A DNA stretch of 64,000 bases from Sporopachydermia quercuum (lineage: Eukaryota). The stretch spans positions 434,001-498,000 of the forward strand of contig BCGN01000008.1 in NCBI GenBank assembly GCA_001599295.1. The letters are read 5' to 3'. The notes under the pieces are model-generated. The model was not told the DNA's origin. It ran no database searches and saw only the letters and a list, made by a program, of their open reading frames with translations. This document shows positions 1-12,108 of this stretch, one piece after another; within the stretch, counting starts at the first letter, position 1; each line of letters starts with the position of its first letter. The position numbers were made by a program, and so were the translations under genes.

Positions 1-1381
1 TCATAATCCATTGAACTTGAACTTCAATACATGATGGGCCATTAGAAAAGGCTGTTGGAGCTTGAGGTCCATATGTATAGAACATATTGGGGAAATCAGC
101 AATTGTACANCCTAAGTATGTCAAAGTACGATCTTTCCATTTATCACTAATATTCAATCCATTTAAGCCTTGGATATCCATTTGCTTCAACGATCCGGTT
201 ACTGCATCATAACCAGTAGCCAGTATAATGACATCAAATTCGTAGTCGCCATCTTTAGTTCTGATTCCTTTTTCAGTAAATTCAACAATTGGATTTCTAT
301 TAACATCAACCAATTCAACATTATCTTGATTGAAAATTTCATAATAGCTTTGTTCCAATGATACTCGTTTACACCCCCAAGGATGGGGTGGAATATCAGG
401 AGCAAGAATTTCGGCAACTTTTGGATCTTTAATTCTCTGACGAGTTTTGTTCTTCCAAAATTGGTATATAATATCATTGGCTTCTTTGTTACTAGTTGCA
501 TCTCTGTAAGTTCCCAACCAGAACCTGAAACCTCCGCCATTATATAGGGAGCTGAGGAACTCTTCTCGTTCTTCTTGTGTATCATCGAACAACGATTTGG
601 GGGAATAGGAATATTGAAATCCGGCATAAGTAAACATACGCAAGTTCATCAAAGCTGCCGTAACATTAGGGAAAGCGTGTGTATAGTCTTGCTTATCAAA
701 TTTCTGTTGTTTCATCGGCAATGCCATATTTGGTGTTCTTTGGAAAACAGTCAATCTTTCAACTTCAGGAGCTGAATCCTGAGCTGCTTGAACTCCTGAC
801 GCTCCTGTACCAATAACCGCTACTTTTTTACCTTTCAAATCAACACCCTCTTCTGGCCAGCGACAAGTGTGATGCATAATCCCTTTAAACTTATCCAAAT
901 TCTTATAATTAGGAACATATTTCTTTGAAGCAAATCCAACACATGGCAAAAAGTAGGAAGAAATAATATGATCACCCTTATCCGTAAAAACGTTCCATTT
1001 ATCAGTTTCTTCATCAAAAATTGCATGAGTTACTGTTGTTTCAAGTTGAATATCTTTATTAAGGTCTAGCTTTTTGCCAACGAATTCGAAGTAACGTTGG
1101 ATTTCTTGCCAACCGGGGTATTCTTCTGACCACTGCCACTCTTTGTAAAGCTCTGGATTGGCCCATTCATAAATAGGAGCTGCTGAATCAACTCTTGCCC
1201 CAGGATAAGAATTCCAGTACCAAGTGCCACCTAATTTTCTTGCGTTATCGAAAACAATTGATGTGAGACCTATTTTCCTTAGCTCATGAAGAAAATATAA
1301 TCCTGAAAAGCCTGCCCCAACAATAGCAACATCTAATTCAATAGGAGGATTGTACTTTCTATCACTTGGAATTTCAATCAT
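1..1381 (-). CDS. Type I Baeyer-Villiger monooxygenase, cyclopentanone monooxygenase-like (3' end runs off the window)
   Basis: Hand translation from ATG at 1381 gives an open frame to base 1: MIEIPSDRKYNPPIELDVAIVGAGFSG (GxGxxG), GGTWYWNSYPGARVDS, BVMO fingerprint FKGIMHHTCRWP (FxGxxxHxxxWP), second Rossmann motif VIGTGASG, FQRTPN, ATGYDA, YGPQAP. Not in the ORF track because there is no stop inside the window. Confidence 0.95.
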   Translation of the reverse strand, partial: MIEIPSDRKYNPPIELDVAIVGAGFSGLYFLHELRKIGLTSIVFDNARKLGGTWYWNSYPGARVDSAAPIYEWANPELYKEWQWSEEYPGWQEIQRYFEFVGKKLDLNKDIQLETTVTHAIFDEETDKWNVFTDKGDHIISSYFLPCVGFASKKYVPNYKNLDKFKGIMHHTCRWPEEGVDLKGKKVAVIGTGASGVQAAQDSAPEVERLTVFQRTPNMALPMKQQKFDKQDYTHAFPNVTAALMNLRMFTYAGFQYSYSPKSLFDDTQEEREEFLSSLYNGGGFRFWLGTYRDATSNKEANDIIYQFWKNKTRQRIKDPKVAEILAPDIPPHPWGCKRVSLEQSYYEIFNQDNVELVDVNRNPIVEFTEKGIRTKDGDYEFDVIILATGYDAVTGSLKQMDIQGLNGLNISDKWKDRTLTYLXCTIADFPNMFYTYGPQAPTAFSNGPSCIEVQVQWIM

Positions 1382-3305
1382 TAGAGCTAATATCGTATCA
1401 GAGTTCTAATATGGATTAATGGAATAGTATATTTGTATTGTAAATATCTAACAAATAATTGATGGGGAACAAAGATTGACCTAGTCACAATTAGCAATCT
1501 GAACTATACACAGTATCAGATACATATTTTTGGAAAATTGATACATCATTTAATATGGAAATATACGGTCTTTTTATACCAGAATAAAGCAAAGATGGGG
1601 TTTATTATCGTTGAACCCTGATGTTAATACTTTAATTCGTTATCTACATTATCAACCATATAGAGGAACTTTTCGGACTTAGGGCCCTAAAGTAACACCC
1701 ATAATAAATAGTGCAGACTGTTCGGTGTAAAAAGCAGCATACAAATAACAAAAGAGTAGTAAGTAGTAGAAGTCAATTGCAAGACCGAAGAACAGTGGTG
1801 GTTAGTGATTCGAATTAAACTTTACCCCGGATTATTAAAGGGTCAAAGTGATTAGGTTTAAAGAGATAAACCTTAAACTTAGCAATATCAATTTGGGGGT
1901 AAGTGATTATGAATGAGGCAAAGGAAACACGGGAGGTTGCAACAAAGAATAGTTTGTCTTATGAACCGTAAAAGTATGAAACAGTGAGATTAGAATGACT
2001 CGGCTCAAAAACACTAACAACTGGCACCTTTCCTTCAAGAAACCAGTAGTTTATAAATGACCCATAGGTATCAATCCCATAGGGATCAATGATATGTATT
2101 GCCGTATGAAAGTTTCCGAGGTATGTGGGAGTTATTAGTTGAGTTTAATCTTATTCTCCACACTTCAAATTCAAGGTTGAGAAGCTTATTGACCATTTTC
2201 CAATCCTTTACCCTAATAAAGGTTCACTAATTAAAACTTTGCTTCCCGGAATGGCAGCTTAGGACAAGAATCAGTCAGTTAAGAAGGTACTCCAGAATGA
2301 GATTTATTGTGGTTCCTTTAACTGAGAATTGACTGTTACAATTGCTTGGCAATTGTCGACTAGAAACAAAGAGCCAAAGGCAATTCCAGAGCAAGATCAT
2401 GTGAACTAGATATTTGTAGAATACGCAAGTCTTGCTGATTTTCAAGAGATACTCAGAGATGAATAGGTCTAAGTCACTACCACCCAGATTTTCCTGTTGA
2501 TCGTCCGAGCTTGCTTGCTTCCAACCCTAACCTTTATTATGCATTCTTTTCAAAGTCCAGTAGACTTTTCTTCAAACAATATTACCATTTTCCAACACCA
2601 ACTTACACACTCTTTTTGCTGAACACTTTAAGTTCACCTTCCAAGGACTTTATAAATCCGATGCTTCATTCAAATAATCCAAGTCTACTTGTTGCTGAGC
2701 CTTAGCAAGCTGGATCCTCAAATAAGCTTTGAAAATAACTTTTAAGATTTACCTCACTCATCAAACTGTAAACTCATTCGCCGGATAAAATAATACTTGT
2801 ACTCATTTACGCATTCGTATTATCTATATATTATCTATATTTATACACAGTCTAACGGTTAGCAAGAGTTACTGTTATTCCCCATCACATATACTTTACA
2901 TTTTGTGCCCCTCGCATCGGATTTCTATATGCCTTGCCCCACACTATTCGCAATTGGTTCCTCCTTCAGACTTGCCTTTTTTATCTCATTAATTTCAATT
3001 CCCATAACAGATTCCTCGGATAATCTACCCGTCAAGTTCATTAACTCTGATTCATTTCAAAGGAAGAAATCCCATATCAATAAAATCAAAAATTTAATTA
3101 ACTGAAACGCGGAGAAATATCCAAATCTCTATTGATGTTCTATCGAATTTCGAGAGTATCTGTTATCATCATTAGGAATCTCCTATGACGTGTGCATTGA
3201 CATATTCTATCTAAATAGAAGAAGGAAGAAAAAGAACGTGATGTATCATGACCTTGAATCTATCAGAGAATGCTCTATCGTTCAACAACTCTCTATGCTG
3301 ATATC

Positions 3306-5261
3306 TTATCTAAGTTTCTCATGTCCCTTCACTTTACTGTCACCTAATTCCATCTTTGCCGTCTTCGCTCCAAATTGAATTGCTCTCTTACGCTCTCTGC
3401 TTACTCCATTCAATTTCAATAAATTCTTCGCTATTATTCTCAACATCAACTTTGATACGGGTTCATCAATCACTTTGCCAGTATTATTGTCTAAAGCCCC
3501 AAATTCATCTATCATTCTTCCATTGATATTAACTGTCAGCTCTATTTGATTATAATTTTCAAATACTTGTTCTATGAATGATTGATTTAAAAATGGGTAT
3601 CTTACTTCTTTTCCCCAACGAGATATAACTCGATCATCTCTTCCTAGATTTCTCGAATGGAGCCTCGAGAAATCTAGTTGAAGTTCTTCTGATAATTTTC
3701 TATATGCAGAATTGAGGGGTTCTCGTAGTTTATTTTGCTGTTCTTGTATTTCTGTTTTATCCACTTTCCCGTTCTCAATCATATCTCTTCCTTTCAAATA
3801 GGAACTAAATAACCTGGTGTGTCTTGTATAACCTCCGAATATCTCATCTGCTCCTAAACCTGAAAATAAAACTTTGCTTGTCGACTGATAGTCAACGTAA
3901 AGATCATTATCACTTCCTCCCTCTTCCTTACCTATGTTTATTCTCCCTCTTCCCCTTGATGCAAAGTAAAAAGCAATAGCAATTGAGAGATCCATAACAG
4001 AATCGCACGGATACATGAGATTCTTCACTATATTACGATGTTCCATTGTTTGTCCATAAGGAACATTAATCTCAACAAATCGAAATCTTCCTTTATTTAA
4101 TACTTTACCAGACGATTTGATTCTTTTTTCATAAGCATTCAAAAGCTCATTATAAGATTTTCTCCCTAGTAATCTATCTGGTGTATCATATACCAAATCA
4201 TTACTACTCACAAGCTTCTTCTTCTTATTAGCATTGAATCTTGGGTTTTCAAATGATACATTTAATAAATCAATTGATTCATCCTCAAAAAGTACTTGGT
4301 CTAACAAACAAGCAATCAAAGTACAATCTATGCCTCCAGAGAACAATACTGCAGCTTTGGAAGACTTTTCTAAATATTTCGGTATGATATTTTCAGGCTG
4401 ATTCAAAGAAAGATTTGATAGAGATAATGGTTCACTTGGGCAATGATATTCTTGGATGGTATTAGCCATGGAATCAATTGTTTGCTTTAAACATTTATAG
4501 ACATTTTCAGCAATTGAATTATATGAGGATAAATGAAATGATGGGTCTCTAGGTAGAACAGGTTTTAATTCAGGGTATGGTATTATCGGCGATAGGTTCG
4601 AAACCAATGATGAATGAAGAGGAGAATGAGAATGTGTCCAATTGATTACATCTAATTTACCAGTTGCTAAGTTCAGCTTATTCAAAGTACAACCCTGAAC
4701 TTCAATAAGATTACTGTCTTCGAAATTATAAGCCACCCAACTCTTATCACCATTGGATACACTTGTTATTATTAGGTTTCCTTTGGTTATGTCACCAGTT
4801 TGAAGTAAACTGCGTTTACCTATGCTATCTCTACCCCACCATAGTGTCGGATTACCAGACAAACTATTCTCTAGGTATACAAAAGCAAATTCACCAACCA
4901 AATCACTAATGGTTTCGATAACGCCTTTAGTTCTGAGTTTATTGAAGAAAAACTCTGTATCATTTCCCTGAATGTCTGAATTATATAATTCACCGTTAAA
5001 CAAAAGAATGGTATCATTTGAATCAGCAGTTGTAAAAGGTTGATTGGTAAATGGTTGTCGCAAAGAGAGAACTGAAGAATAAAAATTCAACTGATATGAG
5101 TTACTAATGGATATCCTTAGCTCATTCTGTGAATCTGGTCCTCTCAGTTTGACTTCTTTTTTCAAATCATTATATAGATAATTGTATGCCAAAGATGAAT
5201 TATGGNTGATATCGCCAACACCTGGTTGCACACTGGTTATGTAACATAGTATTCCACACAT
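3306..5261 (-). CDS. Asparagine synthetase domain-containing protein (ASNSD1/YML096W-like)
   Basis: N-terminal MCGI (Ntn amidotransferase), RGPD, FNGELY, RDSIGKRSL, LFSGGIDC, SGLGADEIFGGY, RNLGRDDR, EVRYPFL, KRAIQFG. Confidence 0.93.
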   Translation of the reverse strand: MCGILCYITSVQPGVGDIXHNSSLAYNYLYNDLKKEVKLRGPDSQNELRISISNSYQLNFYSSVLSLRQPFTNQPFTTADSNDTILLFNGELYNSDIQGNDTEFFFNKLRTKGVIETISDLVGEFAFVYLENSLSGNPTLWWGRDSIGKRSLLQTGDITKGNLIITSVSNGDKSWVAYNFEDSNLIEVQGCTLNKLNLATGKLDVINWTHSHSPLHSSLVSNLSPIIPYPELKPVLPRDPSFHLSSYNSIAENVYKCLKQTIDSMANTIQEYHCPSEPLSLSNLSLNQPENIIPKYLEKSSKAAVLFSGGIDCTLIACLLDQVLFEDESIDLLNVSFENPRFNANKKKKLVSSNDLVYDTPDRLLGRKSYNELLNAYEKRIKSSGKVLNKGRFRFVEINVPYGQTMEHRNIVKNLMYPCDSVMDLSIAIAFYFASRGRGRINIGKEEGGSDNDLYVDYQSTSKVLFSGLGADEIFGGYTRHTRLFSSYLKGRDMIENGKVDKTEIQEQQNKLREPLNSAYRKLSEELQLDFSRLHSRNLGRDDRVISRWGKEVRYPFLNQSFIEQVFENYNQIELTVNINGRMIDEFGALDNNTGKVIDEPVSKLMLRIIAKNLLKLNGVSRERKRAIQFGAKTAKMELGDSKVKGHEKLR

Positions 5262-6626
5262 GTTCCATGATCCAAATGCAAATATTGAACAGAATCAGTT
5301 GAAGCTGAATCTAAAATAGCTAGACACCAACGATGTATGCTATAAGTAGGGGACTATACCATTTGCTGTAATAATGCGCCTGCTTGTAAAGGTTGGTTAT
5401 ACGCTTTGATCTTAGTTGGTATAACAGCTGGATTTATGTAGTCTCAACGGATTATAGCTTGGGAAAGGTATCATAAAACTCTCTAATCAGGAAGCCAAAC
5501 CTGGTCGTATTGGTTGTTTATCTATATGGATTTTCTGGTGAAATATACTCTTCATCCCCTTCTTCACCGATTGTTCGAGATGCCAGGAAATGAGTTGCCG
5601 CGACGAAGTTGCGTTGCCATGAAAAAAAAAAAGATTAATAAAAGAGGGAGAAAGAGGAGAGAATTCATAAGCATGAGATGTGCATGTTTATGCATTGCCT
5701 GCGTGATTATACANCATATATTCTTATAGTTTCTACGTGACTTTAAGGGCTGGCTATCTTTCTGATAATATAAGATAAATACGAAGGAATAATTGTGTAG
5801 TATGTTGCAAACTTTTATCAGAGTTGAGGAATTGCATGGGCCAAGTGGTCGGTATAATTTTGAACAGCAGGAACTTTCTGCAACTTTGGTTCTAAGAGGG
5901 GAGTCTGTTTCACATGTTGTAGAGTTGTAAATAATCGAACTTCTGTTTTAGAAGGGGACCTTATCTGATTGCAGTGAAAATCTTATCAAAAGAACAGTGA
6001 ATAGTCACTCCTTGATCAGGAGTAGGTTTAAGCATCAAAAGAGTCATTAGTGAGGACAAACGGGTAGTCCTATTTTTTTTTTTTCTTTCTTTCTTTCTTG
6101 CAAATCAAGTAAAGCTTGATGTGATATGTTCATTCACTGAAGATCTAATCAACGTGATCTCTCGTCATGCACTATCATGTATATTATGCATCCTATCACA
6201 TAAATTTAATTGGTTCAGTTTTCTTATCAAACTTTGCCGTCAAGCAATTCATTCTTTTTATAAACAAACAATTCGTTCACATCGATATTTACTTCGTTAT
6301 AACATCATCATTAAAAGTACTATATAAGCCCAGCTAGCTGACTTTCACAAGGTCTTTTTTAGTTGTTGCTAAACATTTCTACTCATCAGCATTTGTCAAG
6401 GCAATAGGTTTTTAATCTCCGTTCCTCCAAATTCTATGGTGCCGACTCTTAAGTTTGTTTATTCTCGAACTAATGAACATCTCATTCATTAGCACCTCGT
6501 AATACAGGAATGTATAAATAACTAAACTATAGAAAAGCATTAACAAACATTTTTTGTTTAATGAATTGTTATAGGAAGCATTAGGCAGTGTANAAGATTA
6601 AGAATACTTTCATTATACATGGTACA

Positions 6627-9171
6627 ATGGCTTCCAACGCATTTGACACAAATACTGGTCAGAATCAAACTGGTGATAATGTAACACCCGAAGCAACTGA
6701 TGATAGTAGTGAAATATCAACAATTAGATCAGGCTGTCAGTCACCAGTTTTGCTACTAGATTCGTTGAATCTTGGCTCAGCAAAAGTCAAATCAAGCCCA
6801 GTGATGTCTCTACAAAGGTATGTTTCATATAATGATGAATTATTTTGAACAGTCTAAATTCACCAACATTTCCGACGGAGTTTGATAATGGTTCCGTAGT
6901 CATGGTTTGATTAGTAATTTTTGCAATCAGTACTGATACTTTCCCTTACTTTTATTATTATAATTTTCTCCGTGTTTGCGCTTTTTCTAACATTGGTGTC
7001 TGTTTACTACCAATTATAGTGTTCCAGGCTCATTTTCGTTGTCATCGGAAGATTCCCGAACTAAATCGCCTAATTTGAAAGATATTCTTGAACAGTTTGA
7101 TCCATTGAGGCACAATGATAGAGATAATGAAAAGGACAAGGAGCTAACTGATGATGAGAGTAAGAAATTTTTACCATCGCCAATAATCCCAGTGGAAAAG
7201 GAAAGTAGTACCGAATCGCCTGCTGAAGGTTTGAAAGAGAACGTAAATGACAATGACACGGTCATAAAGAGTGCTCTATCGGCTAATGGTAATGATAATA
7301 GTTGTGTAAGTAATACCGGCAGTGGTATCGAAAAGAATGATAATGATTATAACAATCACATCGACTCTTTATCGTCCACATCAGTTGAAGCCCCAAATAG
7401 AAGCATACCTCCTGCTTCATCTTCAGCAGTACTGAATGATCAAGTCACATTCTTATTGTCTCAAGAAACGACTATTCACAATCCAACCTCTGAATTTAAT
7501 GATTTTCCTCAGTCAGAACCAATGACAGTTACAGCGTCATCAACAGATATTACCAGTAAGAACGCCATAGGTGATGATAGCTCTTCTAATACCCATTTGT
7601 CAACTACGATTCACTCATCAAAATCTGATTCCAAGTTATTATCTTCCCATCACGAGAAACATTCGGAAAGACNNAAACAAAAGCATAAAACAAAATCAAA
7701 AATCAGTTTGAAGAAAAGTGATAACTCTGATGAACCACAATTTGATTTCCAAAAGTTTCTAAGCCAATTGAAACAAAAATCCGCTGATCCAATCGCACGG
7801 TATTTAAAGTCCTTTCTAAGTGGGTTTGGTAAGGGGACCTGGTCAGCTGATGCTCAAGCCAAATTAATTAGCGATTTCAGGATGTTCATTATTCCAAAGA
7901 TGGTCCAAGTGGCTCCTTTTAATAGTATGAATGAACGGGAGTTTGATAACGCTAAAGAAGGAATGGAGAAGTTAATTATGAATCGATTATACAATCAGAC
8001 CTTCCCCCCTGCTATTTCCAATAGCAATAAGCTAGATAATTCGCATAAGGACGATTTGGAAGAAGACAAGTCTTTACAGGATAATTTTCAGCTATGGAAC
8101 TGGATTGAAGGTCCACATTTAGATTTATCGTCACCATTTATTCAGTCTGGTGAACCGTTTATCAAACTAGCGAAGGATGAATTAAACAAAATTAATAACT
8201 ACAGAGCGCCAAGGGATAAAGTGATTTGTTTGTTGAACTGCTGTAAGGTAATCTTTGGCTTATTGAGGCAATCTAAATCAGAAGAAAATGCTGATTCATT
8301 TATTCCTATTTTGATTTATGTTGTATTAAAAAGTCAACCAAAGCATTTAATATCAAACTTGAACTATATCCAAAGGTTTCGATCAGGTGAAAAACTTCAA
8401 GGAGAAGCTGGTTATTATTTGTCTTCTTTACAAGGTGCTGTTGGTTTTATACAAACACTGAATCGTGATAGTTTGACAATAACCGATGATGAATGTAAAG
8501 AGAAGTTCGATAAAGCCAAAGAAGAGCTTGATGAGAAGAAGCGACGAGAAGAAGAAGCCAAACAGCTACAACAGCACCAGCATCAAGAAGGCAAAGGTCT
8601 TTTATCACCAATACCTTTACCAATTAGACCATTTTCACCGTTTGGTAGNAGCAGCGCTAATACTAGTGTTACCGCCAATAGTAACAATAATAATGATAAT
8701 GCTGACGGCAGTAAATCACCTGAGCCTGGTTCGCCTTCATATGAAGGTGATAACAGTGATATAGGAAGATCATTAACACCGTCTGTAGTATTGATGAACT
8801 CTGCTGGCTTATTAGCTGATCAATTCAAATCATTCAAGAACAGAATCTTTGAACAACAAGTAGGAGAAGACAAAGGTGAAAGTGACAATCCGGCTGCTAA
8901 TAAAACTGCCCCAATGAACGAAGAACACAAAACCCCCGGCGGTCAATCTGCTTCAAATCCCCAAGAAACAAATCTTCAACAAGCTAAGCAATTATCAATT
9001 CAACAGCATAATTTTGAACAGCAACGTAAAACTCAATACGAAGCTTGTTCTGCTGCTTTGAAGCAAATGTTCCCTACATTGGATAAAGAAATTATTGATG
9101 ATATTGTTGGCGTCAAACAAGCTGATCTGGATGCTTGTGTTGATGCATGTCTTGTTATTACTGGTGACTGA
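6627..9171 (+). CDS. VPS9: Rab5/Vps21 guanine nucleotide exchange factor with C-terminal CUE domain; exons 6627-6817 and 7020-9171
   Basis: VPS9 domain (APRDKVICLLNCC, ADSFIPILIYV, GEAGYYLSSL) and CUE (LKQMFPTLDKEII). The track ORF starts at TTG. An intron GTATGT(6818)...TTCTAAC...TAG(7019) joins an upstream ATG exon in frame. Confidence 0.9.
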
Positions 9172-9248
9172 ACTTAATGGGTTGTTCCATTAATCCTTAA
9201 TTGTTATCAAAACTAGTATTTGCATGATATATCTATCCCTACTGTGTT

Positions 9249-11024
9249 CTACTCTAAATTCATACCTCTCCATACATTATGTTCTGTCTCAATGTCTCCT
9301 GAATTCAATGTCAAATCAAAACGTAGTTTGGCCATCAAACATAAGTGGTCACTAGGATACATTCCAATCCTTGGTTGGCCACTAGGCTCAGGTCCCATCT
9401 CAGCCCTTTCAGGTAACCTTAATAAACTGAGAACTTGAACACCTGAAGCAACAGATTTTAGTTCAGGGGTAAAATTACCTTCACTATCTTGCTTTGGCAA
9501 TGATCCGTGCTTTCCCATATCCCAGGGCGTTACAAGAAAGATATAATCAAGCAACCCTCTCCAAGTATGAGCCCAATTAGAAAATTCTGGTTCATTACAC
9601 TCATTGTCTACACCAGCGTTAGCGGGATGTATTTGGCGATAATGGGCAGAATATAAACTGGTGGCAATCAATGGCAAGTTATTAAACATAGATTGTAAAT
9701 TGTCAACGACTTTAATAACTTTCTCTGATGCAGTAAAACTCTCCGGAACAGGGTCAGGAATCACTGTAACTTCACCATTATCCAATAACATAGATCTAGT
9801 CGTAACTGGCTGTGGGTCTGAACCATGATCAATGTATCTGCTAAAGGACTGAGTAGTAAAATCATACATTGTAGAACATTCCAATACAGTACGACATCTG
9901 TCATGATATTGAATAGGTTTACGACTAATTGATAAATAAGGAGCATCAAAAGGTTGAGAGTTGAAATCTCCACATAGAAAAGAATGCCATAAACCCTGTT
10001 GTTGTTTGCGAATTTTTCCCATTTCTTTCATCAATAAATACATCTGACGAGTCCTTTCATATGTGCCAAAAGGATGCCAAAATAAATGTGTGGTACCAAA
10101 TAAAAGATTTAACTGAGTTCCTATGGAATGCAACCCGACGAATAATCCAACATTAGTAGATATGACACTTCTTTCAGTTTCTGTTGGTAAGTTATCAAAT
10201 GTTATAGTGTGACGAAAGTGCTCATGAAACATTGCTTTTTTCCATCCTATGACTAATCCATGAGTTTTGTTTTCTCCCCTATGAAATGCTAATTTATATT
10301 GAGTGCTCGTGCCATTATTACACAGCCTGGGGATCCAAAATGAAGTGAAATGAGCATGGTCCACCTCTTGCAAACAAATGATGTCAGGGTCATAAAATAA
10401 TATTTCTTCTACCAAAGCACTACCACGAAGGTTCCATTTCAACGCCTGTCCACTTGTTGGAAAAAGAGATCTTCTTATTAGGCATTGAGCAAGACAATTG
10501 TATGTCATTATCTTCAAATCGCAATATCTTTCTGATGGAGTTAACTCATTATTATCAGTAGATATCGGAATGTCAAGAAAAGGTCGTTCAATGAAATTGA
10601 AGCCGCTTTTCTGGTTTCTTCCTGAAGATCTCTTTTTATTTTCTTGCCTTGCGGATCTCAATTCTTTGATTTCTTCGTCAGTGAGTAATTTTTTCCCCCT
10701 CTTTTCCTTCTTCAGAGCTTTCGCCCTCTCCTTGCGAGCTTTCATTCCAGAAGATGCTTTTGGAGTTGCTTTGCTATTTGATTGAGATNGTTTAATATCC
10801 ATATCGCTGGGTCTTATACTTTCCTTCTTTGATTTCTTTTCAGTGGATTCATTTCTTCTTGCTGTATCTCTCAAGGAACTTATTGAACCTTTAAGCCAAT
10901 GATCTATCCCCCTCAATATATAGAGCGATGAGAGAAAAAGTAGAAAAGTAAGCNCTACCGCGCCAAATACATTGATGAGATTGGTCTTAGTTTCTAGCAA
11001 TTTGAAGGAACTCCATGACTTCAT
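9249..11024 (-). CDS. NGL2: CCR4/nocturnin/Angel-family (EEP) RNA nuclease, Ngl2/Ngl3-like; start at ATG 11024 or 10802
   Basis: IMTYNCLAQ, DIICLQEVD, TTHLFWHP, CGDFNS, LDYIF, YPSDHL are EEP superfamily motifs of the Ngl/Angel type. Confidence 0.85.
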   Translation of the reverse strand: MKSWSSFKLLETKTNLINVFGAVXLTFLLFLSSLYILRGIDHWLKGSISSLRDTARRNESTEKKSKKESIRPSDMDIKXSQSNSKATPKASSGMKARKERAKALKKEKRGKKLLTDEEIKELRSARQENKKRSSGRNQKSGFNFIERPFLDIPISTDNNELTPSERYCDLKIMTYNCLAQCLIRRSLFPTSGQALKWNLRGSALVEEILFYDPDIICLQEVDHAHFTSFWIPRLCNNGTSTQYKLAFHRGENKTHGLVIGWKKAMFHEHFRHTITFDNLPTETERSVISTNVGLFVGLHSIGTQLNLLFGTTHLFWHPFGTYERTRQMYLLMKEMGKIRKQQQGLWHSFLCGDFNSQPFDAPYLSISRKPIQYHDRCRTVLECSTMYDFTTQSFSRYIDHGSDPQPVTTRSMLLDNGEVTVIPDPVPESFTASEKVIKVVDNLQSMFNNLPLIATSLYSAHYRQIHPANAGVDNECNEPEFSNWAHTWRGLLDYIFLVTPWDMGKHGSLPKQDSEGNFTPELKSVASGVQVLSLLRLPERAEMGPEPSGQPRIGMYPSDHLCLMAKLRFDLTLNSGDIETEHNVWRGMNLE

Positions 11025-12108
11025 TCTGTCATATGTTTTCAANCACCAGTTATAGATCCCTACTACGATCTCATTTGTTTATGGTCGAGTCTCAATACAA
11101 GAACAATTAGACCCTTTATATGTAGCTGCTTCTCCACGTATCAAGATAATTAACTGCTGGTTTACATCAGATCCCTTTGAAATAAATTTCGGGATCGAAT
11201 AATTTTCTTCATTATACAGAAACTCGCAAAAGGAATTGAATAAATGGTTAAGTAATCAAAGTGCTGTGAGATGAGACAACAAGTATTATATCAGATTATG
11301 TCATCTATTAATGATTTTACAGATATATTGGAACTTTATGTACTTTTGCATTAAAAATAAGGAAAATGAGGTATATCAAATGAAAAGGCAGGTTCAGTAA
11401 CACAGTTAGTCGAGAGGATATGAAAATAATATATAGTAGCTTACTGTTATAATAATCAATTGACCCAAAGGAAACCCCATGTCTCAGAAAGTAAGTAACT
11501 TATTACCTTATGACTTTTTAACCCCTTACCTGTCACTATTCAAGTACATAGCTTGAAGAATGTCTTCAATACACTTATGAAACTTTGATCTAGTTATGTT
11601 TAAAGCTTACTACTCATGCTTTCAATATGTCAGTACTCTCTTATTTGGTTCATTTCTCATCCAAGACCCACTATTCAACATTTGACTGAGAAGTGTCTCA
11701 AAACAGGAGTCTACAACGGCTTCCTTATAAGGTTATCGTACCTTATCGCCAATAGCGAAAGGTATCTATGAGTAAGTATTAGTTGAACGCTGGCCGAAAA
11801 CTCCATTGAAAATACAAAGATAAGCATCATATCGAGTCACTTGGGCAATAAAGTGCTCATAATCTTGTCATAATCTTGTTATGAGGAGATAACACCATCT
11901 TTATGGTGTATTGGTTGATGTAATGACTTCGACATTTAGAAGTAAGAGAAGATTAGATAATTTACTATATCGTACCAAGCATCAAATAGATCCGGCTTAC
12001 AAGTCCTTGGAGAATATCGAACAATACTTTTTGATATAATCTTTTCTATATGATACAGGTATTGAAGAGTAGAACCTCTATAAGCGAACTACCAATTGAT
12101 GTAGAAAG

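Noticed and set aside
2275..2760. Possible pseudogene or retroelement relic on the minus strand
   Set aside because: An 83-codon stop-to-stop frame exists, but there are no recognisable RT, integrase or transposase motifs, LTRs or TIRs.
6832..6936. Possible intronic box C/D snoRNA in the VPS9 intron (ATGATGA...CTGA)
   Set aside because: No convincing terminal stem, and I could not match a guide of 10 nt or more to rRNA from memory; needs snoscan.
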